Assembly (NCBI GenBank): GCA_963845185.1
Contig: CAWJRG010000009.1
Coordinates: 800,001-864,000, forward strand
DNA length: 64,000 nucleotides
Reading direction: 5' to 3'
DNA from: an uncultured bacterium
GTDB lineage: Bacteria > Oederibacteriota > PGYV01 > CAWJRG01
The translations under genes and the position numbers were made by a program. Each line of letters begins with the position of its first letter. Position 1 is the first letter of the stretch. The notes under the pieces are model-generated. The model did not search any database, was not told the DNA's origin, and saw only the letters and a list, made by a program, of their open reading frames with translations. Positions 42,882 through 53,531 of this stretch are shown piece after piece.

Positions 42882-43358
42882 TCACCTCAATTCATAATTG
42901 TACGGCTCCTGCTTTATATCAACGGTAAAATTTTTTGTTGTCTTTGCAACTTCGATACCCAATAAAATCTGCTCCGCCATTGCGGGAACCGCGCCACTTT
43001 TCGAACATGGCTGCCCCAGGGTCACAATGATATTGTTGCTGTTCGAGGGGTCATTGCCCACGCCTGCCAGGTACGCTCCGGTGCCGCCGATATACTCATC
43101 AATTATAAAATAGGTTTTATTTATAAAATCCCATGATGTTGGCGTTGTACCGCCCGGGCAATATACATCAAAATCCGCCAATGAATTGACAGTGAAAGTC
43201 CCTGTCGTGCAGTCCGGCGGTGATACCGAGTTATATGAAATGTCGTTTGGCCCTGTCACCTTGGTACATTGTTTCTGGCATGCGTTAAAAGCAAGGATAA
43301 GTGCCGCAGCGGCAAATAGAAGAAGATTCTTTATGACTGCCTTCCGGTATTTTTTCAC
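42882..43358 (-). CDS. Hypothetical lipoprotein
   Basis: Lipobox FNAC; RBS GGAGG. Confidence 0.65.
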   Translation of the reverse strand: MKKYRKAVIKNLLLFAAAALILAFNACQKQCTKVTGPNDISYNSVSPPDCTTGTFTVNSLADFDVYCPGGTTPTSWDFINKTYFIIDEYIGGTGAYLAGVGNDPSNSNNIIVTLGQPCSKSGAVPAMAEQILLGIEVAKTTKNFTVDIKQEPYNYELR

Positions 43359-43458
43359 TTACCGCCTCCGTTTTAAGTAATTTTCAATTCTCGATTTCCA
43401 ATTATCAATTAAATTTTTTCATTGAAAACTGACAATTATTAATTGACAATTGTTTCAA

Positions 43459-44439
43459 CTATTGCGACCACCAGACGTCGTTTAAATACCCTCCGCTGCC
43501 GTCGCCGCAAAGCACCCACATCTCGTTGTTAAACACAACACTTGTGTGTCCCGCCCTTGCGCTGAACGCAGCCGGGTTTGCCGCTTCCATCCAGTTTGCC
43601 CCGTCCGTGGAATACCAGACATCATTCATATAGCCTGTGTTTTCATCACCTCCAATCACCCACATTGCCCCGCTGTATACTATGCTTGATTGGTCTCCTC
43701 TCGGACCGAAAGCTGCCGTGCCTGTTACCTGTACCCAGGAAACTCCGTTACTTGAGCTCCACACGTCGCTTAAATAACTGCCGTCAAACCCGGCTATCAC
43801 CCATATTTTATTTTTATATACCACGCTGCTGTGGTTTTCTCTCCCGCTGAAAAGCGCACCTGATGTAGCCGGGATCCACGTAACCCCGTTGCCTGAATAC
43901 CAGACATCGTTTAAACGGCCTGCCGTCTCCGCGCCACCTATCACCCACATCTGATTGTTAAAAACTACGCTGCTGTGGCCCACCCTGCTCGGAAAATTTG
44001 CCGTGCCCGTGACCTGCGTCCATGTATTGCCATCGCCCGAGCTCCACACATCGTTGTATATTGTTAGGCCGCTTGAGCCGGCTATTACCCACATTGCGTT
44101 ATTGTATACCACGCTGGTATGTCCGTACCTTGCGCTGAATGACGGTGTTGCCGCCTGCTGCCAGCCAGCGCCGTTTTGTGAATACCATACGTCCTTTAAA
44201 TCGCCGGAAACCCCTGTCCCGGCAATGATCCAGACATCATTGTTGAATACCACGCTTGTATGCGCTGACCTTGCGGCAAAAGGCGAGCCGTTCAGCGCTT
44301 TTGCCCAAATTATACCCGATACGGGCGTGTTTGTAGCTGTTGCTGCAGGCGCAGGCGACGAGGGCGAGGATTTTTTCGAGCAGTTGGATATGATTACAAT
44401 TGCGAAGAGAACTAAAATTGGAATTAAATTTTTTTTCAT
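43459..44439 (-). CDS. Kelch-like repeat lipoprotein
   Basis: Six repeats FSAR.GH.SVVFNN.MWVIGG....NDVWYS.DG..W. Confidence 0.85.
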   Translation of the reverse strand: MKKNLIPILVLFAIVIISNCSKKSSPSSPAPAATATNTPVSGIIWAKALNGSPFAARSAHTSVVFNNDVWIIAGTGVSGDLKDVWYSQNGAGWQQAATPSFSARYGHTSVVYNNAMWVIAGSSGLTIYNDVWSSGDGNTWTQVTGTANFPSRVGHSSVVFNNQMWVIGGAETAGRLNDVWYSGNGVTWIPATSGALFSGRENHSSVVYKNKIWVIAGFDGSYLSDVWSSSNGVSWVQVTGTAAFGPRGDQSSIVYSGAMWVIGGDENTGYMNDVWYSTDGANWMEAANPAAFSARAGHTSVVFNNEMWVLCGDGSGGYLNDVWWSQ

Positions 44440-44578
44440 AACGCCTCCATTTTCAAATGATTCTCAATTACCGGTTGTAATTTAACTTCACCGAAAATTA
44501 AAAATATTTTGCCGTATTTTAATATAAAAACAGGTTTATGGACTGTCACTGACTTTAAGACAACGGCTCTACTTTTAA

Positions 44579-45022
44579 TTATAATCCATTATCCTGGCAG
44601 GCCACCCAGTGTGAATCTATGGCCGAGGTATTGCCGCTTACAGTTATTGTATGCGTGGATCCCAGTGTTACTGAAAAAGCGCACCAGTTGACATAATAGC
44701 CGTTTGTACCGTTTACATTTACATTGTATGAATCTGTAGCCGGTATGCCGATACTTACATCCGCTGAAGTGCCTGCTGTTATTGAACAGCTCTGCGAATA
44801 ACTGCTTGAATCCGAATTGCGCACTAATTGCACTGAAACAATAGTTTTTGTTGCGCCCGAATCGCTGTTGGTGATGTTGAACATAACATAATTCGGAGTC
44901 TGCGTTGGTATAGGCCCCGGCGATGTGGATGATTTTTTTGTACAACCGAGGTTAAGCATGTTTAAAACAATAAAACAACATCCAACAAAAAAGACTGCTG
45001 AAAATTTTTTGTGAGTAGACAT
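44579..45022 (-). CDS. Putative lipoprotein, host of intron copy 2; spliced form join(46915..46918,44579..45009)=MKKFSAV..., unspliced MSTHKKFSAV...
   Basis: Lipobox NLGC; first 13 nt lie inside intron domain VI. Confidence 0.8.
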   Translation of the reverse strand: MSTHKKFSAVFFVGCCFIVLNMLNLGCTKKSSTSPGPIPTQTPNYVMFNITNSDSGATKTIVSVQLVRNSDSSSYSQSCSITAGTSADVSIGIPATDSYNVNVNGTNGYYVNWCAFSVTLGSTHTITVSGNTSAIDSHWVACQDNGL

Positions 45023-46914
45023 CTTTTATAACCTCCTTTGGTTACTTAATGCCCCTCTCAGAACCGAACGTGACCGTTTCGGTCATTCGGCTCCACGGGA
45101 ATACTTCCTAATACGATGACAGCGAATAGGTTAAATGATATATCCTGGGTTCCGGCAATGGGTTGTATCTTAGAAAGCGGCAAAACTGTTCCCAGTTGTA
45201 ACTTCTTTTCTGGCTTCGCCTGTTTATCCATTTATAGGCGAGCGCACGATTTCTCCAGTAGAATTTTGTTATTTGGGGCATATTACCGCTTATCCCGTAA
45301 TAATTGTAGTGGCCCGTTAACTTTCTTCCTAATGCCTGCCACCACTGTTTTAATTCCACAAGATTTCTTACGCTCTTTAGCCAGAAGTTCGTCGCCTTCA
45401 TCTTCTGTTTGAATTTTGTACTTGCCGTCCTTCGGCCTAATTTGAAGCCGCCCTTTCTGGTTTTGTCGCAGTAATGAGTAAACCCGAGGAAATCAAAGGT
45501 CGGAATTTTCCCGCCTGTATCTTTGGACTTATACCAGGCGTGGCGCCCGAATACGATTATTCTCGATTTATCTTTGGCGATTTTGAGGCCAAACTTATCA
45601 AGCCTCTGTCTTAACATTTCGCCAAACTCCTTTGCTTCGCTGTCATATTGGAACAGCACAACAAAGTCATCGGCATAACGTATCAGACTGGCGTATCCTT
45701 TGAGCTGTCTCTTGACATGCCTTTCGAACCACAGGTCTAATATGTAGTGTAGGTAGATGTTCGCCAGTAATGGGCTTAGTATTCCGCCCTGCGGCGTCCC
45801 TTTATCCGTTTCGATAAACTTACCTTCTTCCATAATCCCTGCATTTAATATCCTGCCGATTAACCTTATCAGGTTTGTATCGGCAATCCTTTGCGTAAGG
45901 CATTTCATTAGCCATTTGTGGTTTATGGTATCGAAAAACTTCTCAATGTCCATATCCACTACTGCGTTGACTGGCTTTGTCATTACTTCCTTATCCAGAA
46001 TTTTCAATGCCTGATGACAATTTCTGTCAGGCCTGAACCCGTAAGATACTTCGCTGAAGTCTACCTCAAAGATTGACTCAAGAATTTTCTTTACCCCCAT
46101 CTGGATTATCTTATCCTCGACGGCAGGTATTCCCAGCGGCCTCTTGTCTCCGTTTGTCTTGGGGATGTAGACGCGCCTTGTTGGTTGCGGTATGTATCTC
46201 CACGCCTTCATCCTATTGATTAAATCCTTGATATTTGCCTCTTTGTTGACTTCATATTCCTCTATCCTTACTCCGTCAATGCCCGGGGCTTTGTCCTGTT
46301 TTAACTCCCCAAAGCACTCCATTAGAAACTCCTCATTGAGCAGGTGTATCAGCGATGTAAATCTCAATTTTGGATTTTCCTTTGCCCGCATTGTTATGGT
46401 CATAAGTTTTGTTGCCATTCCGTCTCCACCTCTGTGTGTGGCGGTTGTCTCCCTTATGTCCATACGCATTCCCTCTATCCCCTTTCTCCATCTACTTTCG
46501 TAGACTTCATCGATACTATGGGATAGTCAGACTGCCGGAACATCTTTTGCGGCTCCTTATCTTTTAGGATTTGTCGCCGCATACTCTCGTTTTGAGGGTG
46601 TCCCGGCTCTCCCGAGTTCATATCTGCTCCTTGACATCTTGACACGGACTTAGACCCCGTCGGATTCCCACTCTCTCGCCTTTTTATGATTGTGGGACTG
46701 CTGCCTGCTCTTTTATGAAAAATGTCGGCCTCCGACACGTTGGCGATTTCGGGGCTCAATACCTTCACTTGCGTTGTATCCCGATGTCTCCCGCCTTCCA
46801 GCTTCATTTAGCTCGTTGCCTCACTATTTGTGGAATTTGGTATTGGGCTGGCGGCTGACCTTTGCCCAGGCTGGACTTTCACCAGCGCGAACCGATACGC
46901 TTTTCTCGGCGCAC
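45010..46914 (-). mobile_element. Group II intron copy 2 (1905 nt)
   Basis: Matches copy 1 wherever compared, except one T fewer near 46483 (domain III region); GTGCG at 46914; domain V at 45061-45093. Confidence 0.93.
45108..46418 (-). CDS. ltrA: Group II intron reverse transcriptase/maturase (copy 2)
   Basis: Protein identical to copy 1 from MATKL to the stop. Confidence 0.93.
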   Translation of the reverse strand: MATKLMTITMRAKENPKLRFTSLIHLLNEEFLMECFGELKQDKAPGIDGVRIEEYEVNKEANIKDLINRMKAWRYIPQPTRRVYIPKTNGDKRPLGIPAVEDKIIQMGVKKILESIFEVDFSEVSYGFRPDRNCHQALKILDKEVMTKPVNAVVDMDIEKFFDTINHKWLMKCLTQRIADTNLIRLIGRILNAGIMEEGKFIETDKGTPQGGILSPLLANIYLHYILDLWFERHVKRQLKGYASLIRYADDFVVLFQYDSEAKEFGEMLRQRLDKFGLKIAKDKSRIIVFGRHAWYKSKDTGGKIPTFDFLGFTHYCDKTRKGGFKLGRRTASTKFKQKMKATNFWLKSVRNLVELKQWWQALGRKLTGHYNYYGISGNMPQITKFYWRNRALAYKWINRRSQKRSYNWEQFCRFLRYNPLPEPRIYHLTYSLSSY

Positions 46915-47159
46915 TCATAACCGCCTCCTGATTTTTATAACGTTATACACAATATATCAGATAATTATTATTTTTCAATGTGTTTTTGTTGCCCCTTTGG
47001 ATACGCGTTATACGGGAAACGGGATGCGGGAATTGGGAAACGTAAGAGTAACCCTAAATCCCCCTAACCCCCTTTATTAAAGGGGGCAAAAATAATACCG
47101 AAAAGCAAACCTCCCTATCCCCTCCTTGTTAATGGAGGAATAAGACAAATCCCCTTGCA

Positions 47160-47188
47160 GTAGAGACGACCCGGCGGGTCGTCTCTAC
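47160..47188. repeat. GTAG-type REP-like palindrome
   Basis: GTAGAGACGACCC-GGC-GGGTCGTCTCTAC perfect hairpin. Confidence 0.7.
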
Positions 47189-47207
47189 GTTAATCAAGCT
47201 GTAAAAA

Positions 47208-47243
47208 TAAAAAAGTCCCCGGCTGCGCATGCAACCGGGGACT
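47208..47243 (-). terminator. Intrinsic terminator of the por operon
   Basis: AGTCCCCGG...CCGGGGACT followed by a T-run on the minus strand. Confidence 0.8.
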
Positions 47244-47264
47244 TGTATATTCAGCAGCTTTAAC

Positions 47265-48197
47265 TTACGCTTTGTTTGTGCATTCCTCTTTCATCTGCAA
47301 TTTTGCCCACTGCGCATCTACGTATTTTTGTATTTCATCGACTATGGGCTTGTTTGCCGGGATCAAAAGGTGTTTGAACCTGGACTGCATCTTGAAGAAT
47401 TCTTCAACCGGCAGTTTTGTCTGCGGCTTATAGGTTATCTTATACTTGCCGTTTTCGACCTCATAATGCGGCCACATGCACGTATCAGCGGCCATCTTCG
47501 CTATCTTTACTGTCTTTGACGTATCGTATCCCCAGCCCAAAACGCATGGCGAGTACATGTTCACGAATTTCGGCCCTGTTATTGAAAATGCCTTCTCGAA
47601 TTTCTTTGTCGAGTCAGGCCAGAAGCCTATAGAGGTCTGCGCCACGTACGGTATATTATGCGCTACCATTATTTCCGTAAGGTCCTTTGGAAACTGTATT
47701 TTTCCTACAACTACTTTGCCTACCGGCGCTGTTGTTGTCTGCGCTGCCCTGGGGGTAGCGGATGAGCGCTGCACGCCTGTGTTCATATACGCGTCGTTGT
47801 TATAGCACACGTAAAGCATGTCGTGCCCGCGCTCCATGGCGCCGGACAATGACTGTATGCCTATGTCGTATGTACCGCCGTCGCCGCCGAAAGCCACAAA
47901 CTTGATGGTCTTGTCTATCCTGCCCTGTTTCTTCAGGGACTGGTAAGCTCCCTCTATGCCCGAGCAGGTCGCAGCTGAGTTTTCAAACGCGTTGTGCATA
48001 AAAGGCACCTTCCACGCCGAAAACGGGAATATGGTGGAAGTGACTTCCATACATCCGGTTGCGTTTACCACGATGACAGGGTCCTTGCATGAAGAAAGCA
48101 CCTGTTTTATCGCTATGGGAAATCCGCAGCCCGCGCATGCCCTGTGGCCGCCTGTAAACTTTGTTTCTACTGTTGCTGATTGTTTTGGTGTCGCCAT
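47265..48197 (-). CDS. porB: Pyruvate/2-oxoacid:ferredoxin oxidoreductase beta subunit
   Basis: GHRACAGCG, ATGCMEV, GGDGGTYDIG, YMNTGVQRS. Confidence 0.93.
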   Translation of the reverse strand: MATPKQSATVETKFTGGHRACAGCGFPIAIKQVLSSCKDPVIVVNATGCMEVTSTIFPFSAWKVPFMHNAFENSAATCSGIEGAYQSLKKQGRIDKTIKFVAFGGDGGTYDIGIQSLSGAMERGHDMLYVCYNNDAYMNTGVQRSSATPRAAQTTTAPVGKVVVGKIQFPKDLTEIMVAHNIPYVAQTSIGFWPDSTKKFEKAFSITGPKFVNMYSPCVLGWGYDTSKTVKIAKMAADTCMWPHYEVENGKYKITYKPQTKLPVEEFFKMQSRFKHLLIPANKPIVDEIQKYVDAQWAKLQMKEECTNKA

Positions 48198-48210
48198 GTT
48201 TTTGCCTCCT

Positions 48211-49395
48211 CTACTCTTTCAAGCCGATATACTGGACTAGTTCCGGCTGTTTTTTGCCTGCGGCAACGTCTTTCAGGTTCCTGTAGACATTCTTGATGTC
48301 CTCTATGAATATTTCCCTGCCGCCAAGTCCGTATATATAGCTTGCTAAAGGTATTTTTGACCCTGCATCAAACAGGCCTGCCTTGATTTCTGTGGAAAGC
48401 GGGCCTGCCTGGTTTGACAGGCTCTCTGCCCTGTCAAGCACTGCGACTGCCTTTGCCTTTGAAATCGCCGCGGCTATTTCCTCAGCAGGAAACGGCCTGA
48501 ATGCTCTGACTCTCACGAGCCCTGCTTTTACGCCTTCGTTCCTCAGCTCCTCTATCGCGGTTTTTGTTGTGCCTGCAGTGGAGCCTATGGATATTGTTAT
48601 ATAATCCGCGTCATCTGTCCTGTATTTCTCTATCAAACCGTATTCCTTGCCGAATGTCTTGCCGAACTCCCTGTCTATTTCTGTTATTACCCTTTTCGCG
48701 TTTTTCATGGCCTCGTGCTGGGCCTTTTTGAACTCAAGGTAATAGTCGGTCAAAACAAGCGAGCCGACCGTAATCGGGTGGTCGGTATCCATTAGGTTAT
48801 AAGCCGGGTTATACGGCCCTATGAACTTCTGGACCTCTGCGTCCGGGTACATATCCAGCCTTTCCATGCCGTGGCTGATTATAAAACCATCCGTGGTCAC
48901 GACAACAGGCGTCAGCACGTCCTTGTGCTCAGCTATCCTTATGGCCTGTATCATTGTATCGTATGCCTCCTGCGAGTTCTCGCAGTAAAGCTGTATCCAG
49001 CCTGAATCCCTCTCTGCCATTGTGTCCGAGTGGTCGCAGTGGATGTTTATCGGAGATGATAATGCCCTGTTTACGTCAGCGAGCACTATGGGCAGCCTTA
49101 ATCCTGCCACTATAAAAAGTATTTCATGCATGAGCGCTAGCCCCTGTGACGACGTGGCTGTCATTGTCCTTGCCCCTGCCGCGGCTGAGCCTGCGCACGC
49201 GCTCATGGCGCTGTGCTCTGACTCGACCGTAATCAGGTTTGTCTTTACCAGGCCGTCCGCCACAAACCCGGCAAAAATCTGCATTATTTCCGTGGCCGGC
49301 GTTATCGGGTAGGCAGCGCAGACATCAGGGTTTATCTGGCGCATGGCTTCTGCCATTGCCTCATTGCCTGTCCTTGCTACTATTGTTTTTTCCAT
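48211..49395 (-). CDS. porA: Pyruvate/2-oxoacid:ferredoxin oxidoreductase alpha subunit
   Basis: AYPITP, VESEHSA, TATSSQGL, YGLGGR. Confidence 0.93.
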   Translation of the reverse strand: MEKTIVARTGNEAMAEAMRQINPDVCAAYPITPATEIMQIFAGFVADGLVKTNLITVESEHSAMSACAGSAAAGARTMTATSSQGLALMHEILFIVAGLRLPIVLADVNRALSSPINIHCDHSDTMAERDSGWIQLYCENSQEAYDTMIQAIRIAEHKDVLTPVVVTTDGFIISHGMERLDMYPDAEVQKFIGPYNPAYNLMDTDHPITVGSLVLTDYYLEFKKAQHEAMKNAKRVITEIDREFGKTFGKEYGLIEKYRTDDADYITISIGSTAGTTKTAIEELRNEGVKAGLVRVRAFRPFPAEEIAAAISKAKAVAVLDRAESLSNQAGPLSTEIKAGLFDAGSKIPLASYIYGLGGREIFIEDIKNVYRNLKDVAAGKKQPELVQYIGLKE

Positions 49396-49410
49396 ATGTT
49401 TTTTCTCCTC

Positions 49411-49824
49411 CTACTTTATATTAAATTTTTCTTTAGCTTCTTTTAATCCTACAAATAATATCGAGGCCTTTTCGTCAAATTCCGGGTTGCCGTGTGCCGT
49501 AATTGCCTCTATTTTCGGGTTTGATGCCTGCAGGGCCTTGATGACCTTGCCGTTTACAGGGCATTCCTCGGGGCATATGCCGCAGCCTTTGCAGAAATCA
49601 TAGTCAAACTCAGCGCGCTCCTTGCCCTTTGCGCCGTCCTTTAACTTTATTGCGTTATCCGGGCAGTATGCCCAGCATGTCAGGCACTGTACGCAATTTT
49701 TCTGCTGCCAGATGGGTACATTGCTTCTCCAGTCGCCGGTATGAAAATATTCGGATGTGCCGCTTTCTACAACGCCGGCTATGCCTATATCCTTCCACGT
49801 CTTGATGTCGGGTTTTTTTGCCAT
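49411..49824 (-). CDS. porD: POR delta subunit (2x[4Fe-4S])
   Basis: TGDWR, CVQCLTCWAYCP, CKGCGICPEECP. Confidence 0.92.
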   Translation of the reverse strand: MAKKPDIKTWKDIGIAGVVESGTSEYFHTGDWRSNVPIWQQKNCVQCLTCWAYCPDNAIKLKDGAKGKERAEFDYDFCKGCGICPEECPVNGKVIKALQASNPKIEAITAHGNPEFDEKASILFVGLKEAKEKFNIK

Positions 49825-50405
49825 TATTGTTTTACCTCCTCATATGCCGCCCTTATGGCTTTCAGGTTGCCTTCTATTACCTCGGGCTTGTTCCTGAATT
49901 TTTTTTCAAGTTTATGTTTTGTGTCCTCAATCAAAGCTTCCAGAGGCATCAAATTCGTCGCGCCTACCAGAGCCCCCATCATCGGGGTATTCGGTATAGG
50001 CCTGCCTATGTTTGTCTCAGCTATTTTTGATGCGTCCAGGGTAAAAAGCTTTTTCCCTTTCCATGCGATCCTTGCTTTTATCTCGTCTTTTTTGTATGGG
50101 GAGTTGATTATAAGCACCCCGGTTTCCTCGGACAGCCCTTTTGCAACATTTACCGAATCCATGAGCGTCTCGTCGAGCACGAGCACGACATCAGGATTTA
50201 ATACCGGTGAGTGGACCGATATCGGCTTTTCCGAAATCCTGTCGTATGACGCCACAGGCGCACCCATCCTTTCAGGGCCGTACTCAGGGAATGCTTGTAC
50301 GTATTTTCCCGCGCTGATTACTGCCTCTCCGAGAAGCAAAGCCGCTGTTTTAGCGCCCTGCCCTCCTCTTCCGTGCCATCTTATTTCCATCATATCTTTT
50401 GACAT
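49824..50405 (-). CDS. porC: POR gamma subunit
   Basis: EIRWHGRGGQG, FPEYGPERMGAP. Confidence 0.92.
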   Translation of the reverse strand: MSKDMMEIRWHGRGGQGAKTAALLLGEAVISAGKYVQAFPEYGPERMGAPVASYDRISEKPISVHSPVLNPDVVLVLDETLMDSVNVAKGLSEETGVLIINSPYKKDEIKARIAWKGKKLFTLDASKIAETNIGRPIPNTPMMGALVGATNLMPLEALIEDTKHKLEKKFRNKPEVIEGNLKAIRAAYEEVKQ

Positions 50406-50623
50406 CTAAAGCACCTCCTGGTTGCAAATACAGTCAAAATTTTATTGCTTTGGAAACGGTAAGACCCGTTGACATTTTAAAATGCTTTTGTTAGCCAAAA
50501 ATCATAAGGTATATTTACAGGAACCTGAAAACATCCTGTTTGCGATTGAATTCACAAGCGAAAATTATAATAACGCTAATCTGACAAAAGTCAAGGATTT
50601 TTTGGGCTGATGCTTTCGCTTAA

Positions 50624-53470
50624 TCATATATGCAAAGCATCGTGCAGCACTTCGGTTACAAAAGCGCGTATTGTTGCTTCAACATCAGACACTTTTTTGA
50701 CCGTATCGTGCAGCATGTCCGCAAAGGTTCTCTTATTGATGCGCTTTATCCTCTTGCCGTCCTTAAATGTATCCACATACTCAAGGGTGCCGTCGTCCCT
50801 GTACACTTTCATTTCTCCGTTTAATTTTCCGGCCTTGTATGCGCCTTCCTCGGACACGATCCCTGCCTCTGTATATAGCTTATACGGACCCTCAAGGTCC
50901 CCGTTTTTATAATTACCTTTTCCCCATATGTCCCCGGACTCATAATATGTCCTGTACGGGCCATTGAGCTTGCCTTTTACTGCAGATACGCGTTCTTTTA
51001 TTTTCCCCGAATCATAATATGTTTTGACGTCGCCAATGAGCTTGCCGTTTTTGCATTCGCCCTGCTCCAGTACATTGCCGGATTCATAATATTTGGTATA
51101 AACGCCTTCTGTCAGGCCGTTTGCCATGATGTCTTCCTCTTTTAATTTTCCCGATTCGTAATAAATATTGTACTGCCCGTCGAGCTTGCCGTTTTTGTAA
51201 AATCCTTTTTCCATAATTTTACCGGACTCGTAATATCTTTTATACGCGCCTTCTTCCTTGCCGTCCTTCATTAACCACTCTTCTTTTAATTTCCCGGAAT
51301 CGTAATAACTCTTCCCGGGCCATGGATCTGGCCGTCTTTGCTGTCTCCCTTTTCAAGGATTTTACCGGACTCGGAATATTTTACATAAAGCCCGGTTACT
51401 TTACCGTTTATCATCGTTCCTTGTTCCTGCAGCTTTCCGGAATCATAATTTACTTTATACGGGCCGTTTTCCTTGTCGTCTTTCATAGTGAACTCTTCTT
51501 TTATCCTGCCTGAGTCATAATAGGTCTTTACAATGCCTTCAAGCTTATCAGCCTTGTAATTGCCGCTTTCCTTCATTTTGCCGGACTCCGTGTATTTTGC
51601 GTAGGGACCCTTCGGATTTGCCGTCTTTTACGATGCCTTCTTCTTTTAATTTTCCCGATTCATAATACAGCCTGTATTGCCCGTTTTCCTTGTCGTTCTT
51701 CATTGTAAATTCTTGTTTTATCCTGCCCGAGTCGTAATAAGTATCGAGTATACCGTCTAGTTTGCCGTCTTTGTAACTGCCTTTTTCCTTTATTTTGCCC
51801 GATTCAGAGAATTTTGCATAAGGCCCCTCTGATTTGCCGTCTTTCATCGCGCCTTCTTCTTTTACTTTCCCCGATTCATAGTATAACTTGTATTGGCCGT
51901 TTTCCTTGTCATTTTTCATCGGCCATTCTTCCTTTATTTTCCCGCTTTCATAATACATCTTCCCGGGCCCGTTGAGTTTGCCGTCTTTATAAAAAGCCTG
52001 CATTTTTAATTTGCCATTTTCATAATAACCCTTAAACTCATTTTGTTCCTTGCCGTTTTTATAAAAGCCTTCAGACGCAAGACCCCCGTTTTCATAATGT
52101 TTCTTGTAAGGCCCTTCCTCCTTTCCTGCCTTCATTATCCATTCTTCTTTTACTTTCCCTGATTTATAATAACTTTTGAGCGGGCCTTCCAGCGCTCCGT
52201 CCTTGTATGTCCCTTTTTCATATATCCCGCCTGTTTTGTAATACTTCTTATACAGCCCCTGTTCCTTGCCCTCTTTCATGGCGCATTCATCCTGCAGCTC
52301 TCCTGTTTGATAGTAACTCCTGACCGGACCGTCCACATGCCCGTTTTTGCTGAAACCTTTTTCCAGAATTTCCCCTGATTCATAATATTTGGTGTATTCC
52401 CCTTCTGCCCTGCCGTCTTTCATCATTCCTTTTTCCTTTAACTTGCCTGACTCATAATAAATTTTATACGGACCGTTATCCTTGTCGTCTTTTAATAGCC
52501 CTGTATCTTTTAAATTCCCGGACTCGTAATAATCTTTTACCACGCCTTCGGCCTTCCCATTTTTGTAAGTCATGGTCGCCTGTATTTTCCCATTCTCAAA
52601 ATAGCCTTTGTATGACCCCTGTTCCAGCCCGTTTTTCATCGGCCATTCCCCTTTTAACTTGCCCGACTCATAATAAGTCCTGTAAATGCCTTCTAGCTTG
52701 TCGTTTATGTAAGTGCCGGCTGCCTGTATTTTCCCGTTTTCATAATAACTGTTATAAACGCCCTCAACCTTGTCATGTATTAATACGCGTTTGTCCCTGA
52801 TTTTCCCGGATTCATAATAGCCGGTAAAAGGACCCTCGCCTTTGCCGTCTTTCATGAACCACTCGTCTTTTACTTTGCCTGATTCGTAAAAATTATTTCC
52901 CTTGCCTTCCCTCTTGCCGTTTTTATATACGTCTATATATTTCAGTTTCCCGTCCTCGTAATATCCCCTCACTTCGCCTTCAATTTTGTCGTTTTTATAA
53001 AACGTCTTGTTTTTTATCCTGCCGTTCTCATAATAAGATATGTCCTCGCCTTCTACTTTGCCGTTTTTACTGACCCATTCTTCCTTTAATTTTCCCGACT
53101 CGTAATAATCTTTTTGCGGTCCCTCTGTTTTTTTGTTTTTAAAGACTCGTACGCCTTCTGTCTTGCCGGAACCGGCATAATGCCATGTATACGAGCCGTC
53201 CGCCGGCTCGCTGTCAATGTAATTATAATTTGCTGTTATGGTCGTCCCGTCTTCCTCAATGGTAGTCATTTTGATGCTGCCGTTTATTTTTTGTCCCTTT
53301 TTATCGATATCCAAAGTGTCTTTGGAATAAGTCCATTCGGCAATTTTTTCTCCGCTTTTATAAAAATACCTTTTACCGTCTTTTTGCTTGTTCCTGACGC
53401 TTGTTATTTCCGCGTTCAAAAAAGAAAAAATTGCCGCAACCGCCAGCAAAATAAAAATAATTTTTTTCAT
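50624..53470 (-). CDS. Large secreted MORN_2 (YwqK-like) repeat protein, broken by two compensating frameshifts
   Basis: Repeats YYESGK.KE.G.YK.GK.EG through three consecutive ORFs; +1 near 51609 and -1 near 51313; total span is a multiple of 3. Confidence 0.8.
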
Positions 53471-53531
53471 TCTTCACCCATTTTTAATTTAAATACAAAA
53501 TTAAGTCATAACTCCCGGAAATTCAGCGAAT

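Noticed and set aside
27873..45022. Integron cassette array (many co-oriented small genes)
   Set aside because: No integrase and no recurring attC-type sites recognised; co-orientation applies to the whole window.
41879..46914. Diversity-generating retroelement (RT near an FGE-sulfatase/CLec-fold gene)
   Set aside because: The RT sits within clear group II ribozyme ends (GTGCG, domains V and VI). I found no template repeat matching the FGE C-terminus and no avd-like gene.
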